Below are positions 1-9,169 of a stretch of DNA of 64,000 nucleotides, in pieces; the first letter of the stretch is position 1; every line of letters starts with the position of its first letter. The position numbers and the translations under genes are program-made. The DNA comes from an uncultured Gammaproteobacteria bacterium (GTDB lineage Bacteria; Patescibacteriota; Microgenomatia; UBA10105; UBA927): positions 44,302-108,301 of the forward strand of contig CAZNKB010000002.1 of the NCBI GenBank assembly GCA_964573695.1. The letters run 5' to 3'. A model generated the notes under the pieces. That model ran no database searches and was not told the origin of the DNA. It saw only the letters and a list, made by a program, of their open reading frames with translations.

Positions 1-1100
1 TCCCAGGGGAAACCAGTTCGCCCGAAGTGGCCGTACCGTGCGGTTTCCCGATAGATCGGGCGTCGCAAACGTAGCCCCGTGATAATCCCCGGCACGGAAA
101 GATCCAGAAGCGACCAGGCAAACGCTTCAATAGACGAAAGGGATTTTTTTTCTGTCCCGAACGTCTCGATGCCGCGCGCGAGCGGTTCCCGTTGTCCGAT
201 GACGTATGCGACCCGCACCTCCGCCCGGTCAGCTAACCCGTGAGCTACGATATTTTTGGCTATGTAGCGCGCAGCATATGCCCCGCTTCTGTCCACTTTG
301 GTAGGATCTTTGCCACTAAAGGCTCCTCCGCCGTGACGGGCAAACGCTCCGTAGGTATCCACGATAATTTTCCGTCCCGTCACTCCGGTATCCGAGGCTG
401 GGCCGCCTATTTCCCAGCGCCCCTTGCTGCCATTAACGATGACATCGTCTTCTTTGGGAGGCGTCATCTTATACTTTTTCATCACTGGCTTGATCACCTT
501 GTCATAGAGTGCCTTTTTAAGATGCGCATGCGTTATCCTGGGATCGTGGGGAACGGCGAGCACTATACGGTCTACAGCGGTGGGCTTCCCGTCTTCGTAA
601 ATCACCTTCACTTCGCTCTTGCCGTCCGGACGCAAAAACGGAAGAATTTTTTTCTCCCGTGCCTCATCCATGCGCTCAACTAACCGGTGCGCCAGCACAA
701 GCGGCATGGGCATGTATTCCGGCGTTTCGTTGGTAGCGTAACCAAACATCATCCCCTGGTCACCCGCTCCCCCGTCATCGACGCCGACGGCAATATCCGG
801 TGATTGCTCATGAATATATACGGAAATCGGTGATTTATAGGAAAAATTATATTTGGCGTTGTCGTAGCCCAAAGACTTGATCGTTTTTCGGGCAATACTC
901 TCATAATCCAGTTTTTTCTTACAGGTCACTTCTCCCGCCAGCACCACTCGATTGGTCGTCACGAGTGTTTCGACCGCGACACGCGCCTTGGGATCGGCTT
1001 TGAGAGCCGCGTCTACGATTGCGTCAGAAATCTGATCGCAAATTTTATCCGGATGTCCGCTGGCAACCGATTCCGATGTGAAGTGCGTTGTTTTTTTCAT
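1..1100 (-). CDS. metK: S-adenosylmethionine synthetase (3' end runs off the window)
   Basis: Not in the ORF track. Manual translation from ATG at 1100 gives MKKTTHFTSESVASGHPDKICDQISDA...GAGDQGMMFGYA...GGGAFSGKDPTKVDRSGAY...YGHFGR, the MetK signature motifs. Confidence 0.97.
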   Translation of the reverse strand, partial: MKKTTHFTSESVASGHPDKICDQISDAIVDAALKADPKARVAVETLVTTNRVVLAGEVTCKKKLDYESIARKTIKSLGYDNAKYNFSYKSPISVYIHEQSPDIAVGVDDGGAGDQGMMFGYATNETPEYMPMPLVLAHRLVERMDEAREKKILPFLRPDGKSEVKVIYEDGKPTAVDRIVLAVPHDPRITHAHLKKALYDKVIKPVMKKYKMTPPKEDDVIVNGSKGRWEIGGPASDTGVTGRKIIVDTYGAFARHGGGAFSGKDPTKVDRSGAYAARYIAKNIVAHGLADRAEVRVAYVIGQREPLARGIETFGTEKKSLSSIEAFAWSLLDLSVPGIITGLRLRRPIYRETARYGHFGRTGFPW

Positions 1101-1126
1101 GTATGCCTTTCTTCGCCCGAATAAGT

Positions 1127-1153
1127 AAAAAATAACCCCGCCAAGCGGGGTAT
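1127..1153 (-). terminator. Intrinsic terminator, expression platform of the SAM riboswitch
   Basis: Minus strand AUACCCCGC-UUG-GCGGGGUUAUUUUUU, between the aptamer and the metK start. Confidence 0.85.
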
Positions 1154-1172
1154 ATTTTTTCCCTACTCTAGG

Positions 1173-1278
1173 CAAATCATCCCGCCTCATTGGCGGACTC
1201 GTTGGGGCACCGCGGTCTCATTGACTCGGTTGCCGGGTGGATCATAAAGCGAGAGCTTTCCCCACCACTCTTGATTTA
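1173..1278 (-). ncRNA. SAM-I (S-box) riboswitch aptamer
   Basis: Minus strand AAAUCAAGAG-UGGUGGGGAAAGCUCUCGCUUUAUGAUCCAC-CCGGCAACC...GGUGCC-CCAACGAG-UCCGCCAAUGAGGCGGGA-UGAUUU. Has the AUCAAGAG, GGCAACC and GGUGCC hallmarks, P1 AAAUCA/UGAUUU, a possible CUCG/CGAG pseudoknot, and lies upstream of metK. Confidence 0.9.
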
Positions 1279-1318
1279 TTAACTTGTCATCTACAGTACT
1301 CCTGTGCCTTACGTATTG

Positions 1319-2614
1319 TCAAGATGTGATCTCACGGTCCACGACTTCCTGAAACGCCACATCAGGCAGCCCCTGCACACCACCGAAGGAAATACGGTCC
1401 AACACTTTTTGCTCCATGTTTACCATTCGCCCCGAGTGGATAACAAAATCTCCGAAACGGTTCCGGATCGTATCCATGGCATACGTCAGGTCCCGTTTTC
1501 TGTTCTCTTCGGGAAACAGTGACGACTGCATCGACTGCTCCCGGTGTAACGCATAACAATACACCGCCAATAGTTTCACTCTTTTTTCGGGAGCATGAGT
1601 AAGCATAAATCTCATCGCGGTATAAAAATCCGCATCGCTAAACATCGGCGAAAGCTTTTTCTCCTGCGTGTGCCAGTGCGTGTGATCTTCAAACATCAAT
1701 GAGATACCCACGCCATAGGCGACAAACCCGTCTATCCGCAAGCGCCTGCCCATTTTCATGACCAGCTGCGCGAGTATCTGCCAGAGGCGCGGATCATTTG
1801 GTCCGTGACCAGAACCCAGGACATACGACTGACCGAAACTTTTTTGGTCTTCCTGTGTGTCATGCTCAAATTCTTTGTACATACTGCCGTCTTCGTACCC
1901 GTGAAGCCGAAGCCACCAGTGATATCCGGTAATGGAGTGAAATGCGCGTTTAAGGTCGGAGGCGCTCGAGTGAAAAAACGCCACGGGGGTCATGATGCCT
2001 GCGGCCCTGAGCCTGCCCGCATTTCCTTCTTTGATGCCGCAAAAGTCTTCCAATTTCATGGAAGCAAAGGTGTCCAGGATGTTTTCTTTTGTAATACAGA
2101 CTAACCCGTCAGGTTTTATGCGACCGGAGGCGACCTTGGCAAGGTAGCGATTGGGGGCGATGCCGCAAGAAACCGTAATCCACTCTCCGATTTCCGCTTT
2201 GATCCGCATCTTGATCTCTTTGGCTACGTCACTCATCGAAGCTCTCGTAAGGATCGGTGTGTTGCGAAGATTCATAACCATTTCGTCGATCGACTCAACG
2301 CTGATATGTGCGGTATAAGACTTGAGAATGGCAAAGAGTTGGCGATTTACCACCCGGTATTTCGGCGGATCCGACGGCAATACGACCAACCGGGGAGCCA
2401 AGCGCTTGCCTTCTTTTACCCTCATACCTGTTTTGACCCCCAATGTTTTCGCCTCGCGGGAGGCAGCCAGAATACAACCGTAATCCGCAACATACGCCGC
2501 TACCGCTACCGGCTTACCTCGCAGTAGTGGATTGGCCTGCTGTTCCACGGTCGCGAAACAGGAGTTGATGTCCACATGCATCGTCGTGGGCGCAATCGGG
2601 TTAAAGTTATCCAT
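1319..2614 (-). CDS. dinB: Y-family DNA polymerase (DinB/Pol IV-like)
   Basis: HVDINSCFATVE, SIDE, SCGIAPNRYLAKVAS and KPDG motifs; C-terminal QSSLF clamp-binding-like motif. Confidence 0.92.
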   Translation of the reverse strand: MDNFNPIAPTTMHVDINSCFATVEQQANPLLRGKPVAVAAYVADYGCILAASREAKTLGVKTGMRVKEGKRLAPRLVVLPSDPPKYRVVNRQLFAILKSYTAHISVESIDEMVMNLRNTPILTRASMSDVAKEIKMRIKAEIGEWITVSCGIAPNRYLAKVASGRIKPDGLVCITKENILDTFASMKLEDFCGIKEGNAGRLRAAGIMTPVAFFHSSASDLKRAFHSITGYHWWLRLHGYEDGSMYKEFEHDTQEDQKSFGQSYVLGSGHGPNDPRLWQILAQLVMKMGRRLRIDGFVAYGVGISLMFEDHTHWHTQEKKLSPMFSDADFYTAMRFMLTHAPEKRVKLLAVYCYALHREQSMQSSLFPEENRKRDLTYAMDTIRNRFGDFVIHSGRMVNMEQKVLDRISFGGVQGLPDVAFQEVVDREITS

Positions 2615-2617
2615 ATG

Positions 2618-2875
2618 TTAGTCAGATTGGCTATCTACTTCTATCAGTTTCCAGGCAAGGGTTTCACTGTCCATGATCAGCTTAAAAAACGTGTTGCCGT
2701 CGCTTACCGAAAAGATGTGAAACAGCCGCCGCCCTTCCCATATGGTATGGTGCATGCCTACCGTCGTAATCTGATACTTCCTCCCGTGCCAATAAAGACT
2801 ATACGGAAGCACTTTCCGTGTCGCGTGATTACTCCAAAGTGTGACGGAAACCGGTTCGTTGATCGTTTCTGACAT
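2618..2875 (-). CDS. Small beta-rich protein (DUF6504-like) cotranscribed with dinB
   Basis: 85 aa; PYSLYWHGRKYQI...FSVSDG...FKL...W pattern; ends 3 bp before dinB. Confidence 0.7.
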   Translation of the reverse strand: MSETINEPVSVTLWSNHATRKVLPYSLYWHGRKYQITTVGMHHTIWEGRRLFHIFSVSDGNTFFKLIMDSETLAWKLIEVDSQSD

Positions 2876-3052
2876 ATCGTAAAACCATAATAAACCCGAA
2901 AATAATAGTCGTCAACTAGGTGTAAATATATCAAATAGTACGAAATTCAACCGAAACCTGGTCAGTTTGCACTTCTATCCGTTTGGAAGATATTTTCTTT
3001 TCGTCTGCCCGCTATTTGAGTTTTAATTAGTCCTATAGTATAATATCTGCTC

Positions 3053-3496
3053 ATGTCTGCATCACCCGAAGGCTATCTGTTACGGCCATATATCCCCAGC
3101 GACCGCAAACCACTCATGGATTTTTTCATGAACTTACAACGCGGGAACCGTGGCTGGTCGGAACATCTGATCCAGTGCGTCCTTACCCGAAATGTCCGAG
3201 TGCTGGTTGCAGAATGCGAAGCAGGGATTGTCGGTTATGGGGAAACCCACAGAAACAACTTCCGTTCGGTATATTTTCACCGCGCAGCAGTATTGAAAGA
3301 GCACCGTTTACAGGGAATATTCACCGCTATCCTCGAATCCGTAGTAAAGGATGCCGGCAGAGCAGAAATTACCGCCGAAGTAAGTCGGGATGCCAAACAT
3401 CTGCCTGCCATGAAGCGCGCGGGATTTGAAATAACGGACACGCTTTCCGGATACCGCTATCAGCTCGTCCGGCCACGCCAACGGTATTTTCGCTAA
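3053..3496 (+). CDS. GNAT-family acetyltransferase
   Basis: VLVAECEAGIVGY and AVLKEHRLQGI (motif A), KRAGF; TATAAT just upstream. Confidence 0.75.
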   Translation: MSASPEGYLLRPYIPSDRKPLMDFFMNLQRGNRGWSEHLIQCVLTRNVRVLVAECEAGIVGYGETHRNNFRSVYFHRAAVLKEHRLQGIFTAILESVVKDAGRAEITAEVSRDAKHLPAMKRAGFEITDTLSGYRYQLVRPRQRYFR

Positions 3497-3515
3497 CAGA
3501 ATATTCACCGTTCAT

Positions 3516-3544
3516 TTGCTATTACCCGGATAGTCTGCTATACT
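3516..3544 (+). promoter_or_regulatory. Sigma70-type promoter for the DEAD-box helicase
   Basis: TTGCTA-17 bp-TATACT with TG extension. Confidence 0.6.
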
Positions 3545-3713
3545 CTCTTTTGCACTTGTATTGAAACAATACATCTGCTTATCGTTAACAGTTTGAGAAG
3601 TTTAGAGAAAAAACGCCCCAAGATTTATTCTTTATTTACCTGCGTCTTTTCCCCTTTTCAGGTTTTTTCCACATAAGCAGTTCTATTGTTTCAACAATCC
3701 CGTGTACGAGACT

Positions 3714-4925
3714 ATGTATCAACACAACAACCGTTCATTTCGTCGTCCCAGGCCGTCTTTCGGCAATTCCCGTCCTGCTTTCGGCAGGAATCGGGCGATC
3801 AAAACGGTCCCAAAAAGCGTGATACTTGCTACCATTGCCCGGAGCCAGGACAATCACGCGGGAGACGCAGAAATCGCTCCCATGCCCGTCACACACCAGT
3901 TTACGGATTTTGGGCTGGATACCGCGCTTACCGATACCATTAAGGCAAAAGGATTTACGACTCCCACGCCCATTCAGGACATGGCGATTCCGGCAATCCT
4001 CTCCGGACGAGATATCATAGGGACCGCCAACACAGGAACGGGCAAAACCGCTGCATTTCTCATACCGCTATTGCAAAAAGTGACAAACGACCGGGCACAA
4101 CGGGTGCTCGTGGTGGCCCCCACCCGCGAACTCGCTGTCCAGATACACAAGGAACTCCGGGATTTCTCCCGCGGATTATCGATAAAAAGCGCCATGCTTA
4201 TCGGCGGAGCTAACGAATGGCGGCAGCGGGCAGACCTCAAACTCGACCCGCATTTCGTGATAGCCACTCCGGGCCGACTCAAGGATTTTATCGAGTCCCG
4301 CTACATTCGGCTTTCGGCGTTTCGTAACGTCGTCTTGGACGAAGCGGACCGCATGGTGGACATAGGGTTTATCAACGACATCAAATACTTTATCTCTCTG
4401 CTGCCCAAAGAACGGCAGTCATTGTTTTTTTCTGCGACGATTTCCGGCAAAGTCGGCGAAATACTGACTGAGTTTGTCAAAGATCCGGTGCGGGTTTCCG
4501 TCAAGACAGAAGATGTCGCCACGACCATACGCCAGGAAGTCATCCGGGTACCCAATAGCAACGCCAAAATAGAAGCGCTTCACGACCTTTTGATTCAGAA
4601 GGAATTCGGCAAAGTGCTCATCTTCGGCCGCACCAAATGGGGAGTGCAGCGCCTGTCCGATGAATTGGTAAAACGCGGATTCCGTTCGGGGGCCATACAC
4701 GGCAACAAACGCCAAAATCAACGCCAATATGTGCTGGAGCAATTTAAGCGGAGCGAAATCCAGATTTTGCTCGCTACCGATGTCGCCAGCCGAGGACTAG
4801 ACATCCCGGACGTTTCCCATGTCATAAACTATGACTTACCGGAAACGCTCGATGACTACATTCATCGTATCGGACGCACTGGCAGGGCCAACAAACGCGG
4901 CATCGCGCTCACCTTCGTAGACTAA
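3714..4925 (+). CDS. DEAD-box RNA helicase
   Basis: Q motif, TGTGKT, PTRELA, TPGR, DEAD, SAT, RGLD, HRIGRTGR. Start taken at ATG 3714 (track gives 3702). Confidence 0.96.
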   Translation: MYQHNNRSFRRPRPSFGNSRPAFGRNRAIKTVPKSVILATIARSQDNHAGDAEIAPMPVTHQFTDFGLDTALTDTIKAKGFTTPTPIQDMAIPAILSGRDIIGTANTGTGKTAAFLIPLLQKVTNDRAQRVLVVAPTRELAVQIHKELRDFSRGLSIKSAMLIGGANEWRQRADLKLDPHFVIATPGRLKDFIESRYIRLSAFRNVVLDEADRMVDIGFINDIKYFISLLPKERQSLFFSATISGKVGEILTEFVKDPVRVSVKTEDVATTIRQEVIRVPNSNAKIEALHDLLIQKEFGKVLIFGRTKWGVQRLSDELVKRGFRSGAIHGNKRQNQRQYVLEQFKRSEIQILLATDVASRGLDIPDVSHVINYDLPETLDDYIHRIGRTGRANKRGIALTFVD

Positions 4926-4966
4926 TCCTTTCCCCTTGAGACACTGTTATAATTGGCTTACCCTAT

Positions 4967-5626
4967 ATGATCAAACTCGTGGCTATTGACGTCGACGACA
5001 CGCTTTGCATGACCGAGGAAGCGTGCTTTCACATGGAAAATGAAGCAGCAGCGCAATTAGGGTACCCACCCATGGAGCGCGCAGTCCACCGGCACAACTG
5101 GGGGCATCCTCTGGAGGAAGCTATCACGAAACGATTTCCTGGCATTCACGTAGGTCGTTTTATGAGAGAGTTAACTAAACTTGTACCTCAGTATGTCAGC
5201 CAAGGAAAACTCGATGACATCCAAGCCACCACGCTAAACGCTTTGGATACACTGCGAAATCAGGGGGTCTCCCTTGCGATTCTTACGTCCCGAAGCAGCA
5301 AAGAAGTCACACACTTCCTGGAAAAAAATCACCCGCTCCAAAAAAGGATCCAAGGGTTCTATCACAAAGATAATTCAGAATTTGGCAAGCCGGATCCGAG
5401 AGTTTTCATCCAAATATTGAAGCAATTCGAAGTCCTTCCCCACGAGTCTGTCTATATTGGAGATACCGTAACGGACGCGCAATGCGCGAAGTCAGCCGGA
5501 CTTTATTTTATCGCCACCCTCGAAAACAACCTCCGCTCCCAAAGCGACTTCGCACATACGTCTGTGGATGCGTTTATCCGTAATTTTACCGAAGTGCCCC
5601 AAGTCATCACTGCACTGGGGGAATAA
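4967..5626 (+). CDS. HAD-superfamily hydrolase
   Basis: DVDDTL, LTS, KPDP and IGDTVTD motifs. Confidence 0.92.
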   Translation: MIKLVAIDVDDTLCMTEEACFHMENEAAAQLGYPPMERAVHRHNWGHPLEEAITKRFPGIHVGRFMRELTKLVPQYVSQGKLDDIQATTLNALDTLRNQGVSLAILTSRSSKEVTHFLEKNHPLQKRIQGFYHKDNSEFGKPDPRVFIQILKQFEVLPHESVYIGDTVTDAQCAKSAGLYFIATLENNLRSQSDFAHTSVDAFIRNFTEVPQVITALGE

Positions 5627-5642
5627 GGCCTGACAAGCTTAT

Positions 5643-5849
5643 TTATCGCAGCGTGGATGAGGAACCAAACCTTGCATCCCGGCGCAGGTGATGCACATGT
5701 TCTGCATCAGACTGCAAAAGATTTGTCAGGCGAAGGCCCCGCAAATCAAGGTAGACATCACCCATAGCTGCCCACGCCCTTCGCAAAGAAAAATGTTTGG
5801 GCAAAGACCTTGGCTTTTCTTTTTCCGGAGTGGTGGCTTTTGCCGCCAT
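5643..5849 (-). CDS. Small hypothetical protein (68 aa)
   Basis: ATG at 5849 preceded by a strong GGAGGTG Shine-Dalgarno; fills the gap between genes. Confidence 0.55.
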   Translation of the reverse strand: MAAKATTPEKEKPRSLPKHFSLRRAWAAMGDVYLDLRGLRLTNLLQSDAEHVHHLRRDARFGSSSTLR

Positions 5850-6026
5850 ACGTTTCACCTCCTTCCGCTTTTTCCAAAAAGAGTATGGCGCGATATCAAT
5901 AGATACACAATGCATAAAGGATATGTACAGCATAAACAGACGGCCAAAACATCGTACATATGCCCCAAAGTCAGGCTATCTCCCCCGGAGTACTGAGCCG
6001 TAAATCGATATGCTATAGTAGAACGT

Positions 6027-6377
6027 ATGAATGACACGAAAAACGAGCATGTGCCGCCATTTGTACAATCCGATGATTTACCGGGTCCGCACGAGTTCCC
6101 CGAAGGAGACGTCGGCGACCAGCTCAGGGTAGCCAAAGTAGCAGAGCATCGGCGAAAAGAACTCCTCAAGCAACACGAGCGGAAAGAAAACCCGGGTGAC
6201 ACAATGCGGCGTATCATGAAGGAATCCGCACGAATAGAGGAATTGCGTCCAAAGCCCTCCGTCCAGACCGTCTTTGTGGCAGAAGCCAAACCGGATCCGG
6301 TACATCACGAGTTTGACCGCAGAGAAGATCCTTCTGCCACTCTCCGCAAAATTTTATCCACTGCTAAACCCAAGTAG
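6027..6377 (+). CDS. Hypothetical protein
   Basis: 116 aa ORF 7 bp after TGcTATAGT; internal repeat ENPGDTMRRI / EDPSATLRKI. Confidence 0.65.
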   Translation: MNDTKNEHVPPFVQSDDLPGPHEFPEGDVGDQLRVAKVAEHRRKELLKQHERKENPGDTMRRIMKESARIEELRPKPSVQTVFVAEAKPDPVHHEFDRREDPSATLRKILSTAKPK

Positions 6378-6404
6378 GAATTCGTTTGTCCATATCGCCT
6401 TACA

Positions 6405-6438
6405 TAAAAAAAGCCCCACACGAAGTGGAGCTTTTTTA
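6405..6438. terminator. Bidirectional intrinsic terminator
   Basis: TAAAAAAAGC-CCCAC-acgaa-GTGGA-GCTTTTTTA between convergent genes. Confidence 0.8.
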
Positions 6439-6464
6439 GGCGATATTTCTATCACCGTGAGTTT

Positions 6465-6662
6465 TTATGCTCGTTTTACATTTTTTGCGCTTGGGCCTTT
6501 CGGACCGTCTACGACTTCAAACGTAACCGTTTCGCCCACTTGAAGTTCATCAAATGTGACGCCAACTAAGTCTTTGGAATGAAAGAACAAGTCTTTTGAC
6601 TCGCCTTCCCGTGCTATAAAACCAAAGCCTCTATCTGTTTTTGTTTTAATTGTGCCGTTCAT
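6465..6662 (-). CDS. Cold-shock domain protein
   Basis: GFGFI (RNP1), LFFH (RNP2), GPKGPSAKNV; AAGGAG SD. Confidence 0.95.
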   Translation of the reverse strand: MNGTIKTKTDRGFGFIAREGESKDLFFHSKDLVGVTFDELQVGETVTFEVVDGPKGPSAKNVKRA

Positions 6663-6711
6663 AGGTATCTCCTTTCTGAACTCCTAGTATACCATATCTT
6701 TGGGGAAAGTA

Positions 6712-7686
6712 TCAGATCTGGGATGCGTTGAAGAACTCAATGAGGATTTTTTTAAAAGCCTTTACGCTTTGTTCGTCGTGGACCGAACCCGCAAATACCT
6801 TTTTACCCTGGGCCGTGAATATTTGGGCTGCCTCTTGGGCCTCCTTTTTGGTCACGAGATCCGTTTTGTTGAGGAAAACAATCTCGGGTTTCTCAAGGAG
6901 CGCCGGGTTAAACTCCCTAAATTCGTTACGCACGGTCTCATATGCCCGCAGGGGATTTTCCACGGTTATATCGATACAATGGACAAGTATTTTGGTCTTT
7001 TCTATGTGCTTGAGGAACTTGATCCCCAGGCCTATCCCACGCGAAGCTCCCTCGATAAGGCCGGGTATATCGGCGATTGGATAGGTACCAAACATCCCGA
7101 TCATCGGCTCGAGTGTGGTAAATGGATATGCACCGATTGCAGGGGTGGCATTGGTGAGTCTAGAGAGCAAGCTGCTTTTCCCGGCGTTGGGAAGTCCGAT
7201 AAGACCGATTTGTGCTATCAACCGCAGTTCCAGAAGGACGGTTTTTACTTCGCCTGCACCGCCAAGTTCCCGGTTTGTAGGAGCCTGATTGGTCGCCGAT
7301 TTGAATTTGAAGTTTCCGAAACCCCCCTTGCCCCCACGTGCTATGATTACGGGTTTATCTACCGACGAGATTTCCATGACACTGCCGCTATCCGCATCCG
7401 TCACGCGAGTGCCCAAAGGAACCTCAATGGTTATGTGTTGGGCGTTCTTCCCGAAGCCGTTATGTTTGGTACCGTGCCCACCGTTTTGCCCGACTACCTT
7501 TTTCTTGTACCGGAAATGCCGCAGGTCATTGACGTTTGTGGACCCCTGTATGAGGATGTCGCCGCCGTTGCCCCCATTACCACCGTCCGGGCCGCCGCGC
7601 GCTTTCATGGAGGTATGGGCAAACGTAGCCGCGCCATTGCCCCCGTCTCCCGCCTTTAAGATGATCGTCACGTTGTCTATGAGCAT
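6712..7686 (-). CDS. obgE: GTPase ObgE/CgtA (no C-terminal extension)
   Basis: Gly-rich Obg fold, GLPNAGKS, YPFTT, DIPG, NKTD. Confidence 0.96.
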   Translation of the reverse strand: MLIDNVTIILKAGDGGNGAATFAHTSMKARGGPDGGNGGNGGDILIQGSTNVNDLRHFRYKKKVVGQNGGHGTKHNGFGKNAQHITIEVPLGTRVTDADSGSVMEISSVDKPVIIARGGKGGFGNFKFKSATNQAPTNRELGGAGEVKTVLLELRLIAQIGLIGLPNAGKSSLLSRLTNATPAIGAYPFTTLEPMIGMFGTYPIADIPGLIEGASRGIGLGIKFLKHIEKTKILVHCIDITVENPLRAYETVRNEFREFNPALLEKPEIVFLNKTDLVTKKEAQEAAQIFTAQGKKVFAGSVHDEQSVKAFKKILIEFFNASQI

Positions 7687-7762
7687 TATGCGTATTGTAC
7701 CATTGTGACCACCCGTTTAGTGCTTGTCGAAAAATCCGGAGTGCAATACGGGGTATCGAGGG

Positions 7763-9025
7763 TTATTTGGTCTCGTGTACAGTCGGAAGCTTCTTGCCTT
7801 TAAACAGCACGCCCCAATCGTTAATTTTCCCGTTCTCGCCCGCCGGGGGATTGATCCGTGAGGCCTGTAGGACATAGACGACCGGATCGGGTACCTTGTT
7901 CTTTTCGCGGATTTTGTCTTCCCAAAGCTCCAACATGGCCAAGCCGCCACCCAAATAGATACGGGTTTCATTTTTCCCCGACCCGTACATCCGGACATGA
8001 GGATTGATCCTTCCTTCGCGGCCTGTGGATAGCTTGTCCCCCATGTCGCCAACGGTAAATAATCCGAAGTCTACCATTTCGGGCTGTGTGTTGATGAGAT
8101 AATTGGAGCCGATGGCTTTGGTACCCAACCCGTAAGAGAGCGCCCCCACACGCACGAGTAGCGGCACTTTGCGATCCAGCGCACGTTTGATCGCGATTGT
8201 AATACCCTGTGTGGATGCCACTGCCACGCGTATTTCCTCCAGCGTGTGCTTGTGTGGCTTACCCATAGCGTCGTCGACCTCCTGATCTCCGATTATGGTG
8301 GCCCCTGATGCCAGACAGTCGTCAAAACGCGTGAGTCGCGCGTATTCATAAAGCCCCAGGCGTTTGCGTACCGCTGTGGCTCCCTTGGCAGAAAATCCTC
8401 CGAGACAATCGCTTACTGCCTGACGGTATCGCTGTTTCTTTTCGGCAGTCATGTCGGAATCATTGCCAAGAGTCGTAAGCTCACGCATCACCGGCGACAG
8501 GGAGCCGTTTCTGATTTCGATGATAATCTTACCTTCGTCGTCATTTTTGATCGCCCGCATAACGGGAATCTCTTCCTGGGGAGACACAATTTGGGCCGAA
8601 TCCTGTGAAGATATCGCCAGTACCGCCTCACGGTCGGTGTACAACCTACCGTTACCGTCTTCGCAGACGAAATTCAGACTTCTCAGGCCTTCGATAAACT
8701 TTTCGGCTGACAACCGTGTCCCTTCAATCGTCTCGACAAGCAGCGGCCCAAATAATACCTCTGCGTCTCCCGTATTGGGTTTGCCGTATTTTTGGGCTCC
8801 GTGCCACTGCTCCGGGATGCGTATGGTTTCTCCGTCTCCCGCAACTCTGATACGCACGTTTGCCGGTTTCCACTGGTCGTTAAAGTGGGCAAATATCTCC
8901 GGCACGGATATGTCCCGAAGGGATTTGCTCAGCTCTCGTGCCGTAGGCGGCTCCGGTGGGCGTGTAAAAATTTCGGTGAGATGTGAGGCTACATGAGGAG
9001 CGCGGCGTGGTGATTCTATACCCAT
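7763..9025 (-). CDS. Hypothetical protein (420 aa)
   Basis: Long ORF that fills the space; no family recognised. Confidence 0.7.
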   Translation of the reverse strand: MGIESPRRAPHVASHLTEIFTRPPEPPTARELSKSLRDISVPEIFAHFNDQWKPANVRIRVAGDGETIRIPEQWHGAQKYGKPNTGDAEVLFGPLLVETIEGTRLSAEKFIEGLRSLNFVCEDGNGRLYTDREAVLAISSQDSAQIVSPQEEIPVMRAIKNDDEGKIIIEIRNGSLSPVMRELTTLGNDSDMTAEKKQRYRQAVSDCLGGFSAKGATAVRKRLGLYEYARLTRFDDCLASGATIIGDQEVDDAMGKPHKHTLEEIRVAVASTQGITIAIKRALDRKVPLLVRVGALSYGLGTKAIGSNYLINTQPEMVDFGLFTVGDMGDKLSTGREGRINPHVRMYGSGKNETRIYLGGGLAMLELWEDKIREKNKVPDPVVYVLQASRINPPAGENGKINDWGVLFKGKKLPTVHETK

Positions 9026-9169
9026 AATTATGGGGATAGTAATATGCCGAAAAGAAAATTACAAGATTGGACGCTCTGTTTGTACGGTATCGCACTTTTT
9101 GGCACTACCCCATAACGCTGGGCAAGTTTGAATTTACCCCAACAATGTCCTATAATATTTAGCTCGTAG

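Noticed and set aside
6700-7659. Long antisense ORFs (e.g. 6700..7659, 20507..21319, 34986..35699, 52160..53092)
   Set aside because: They are shadows of well-supported genes on the opposite strand and have no recognisable motifs.
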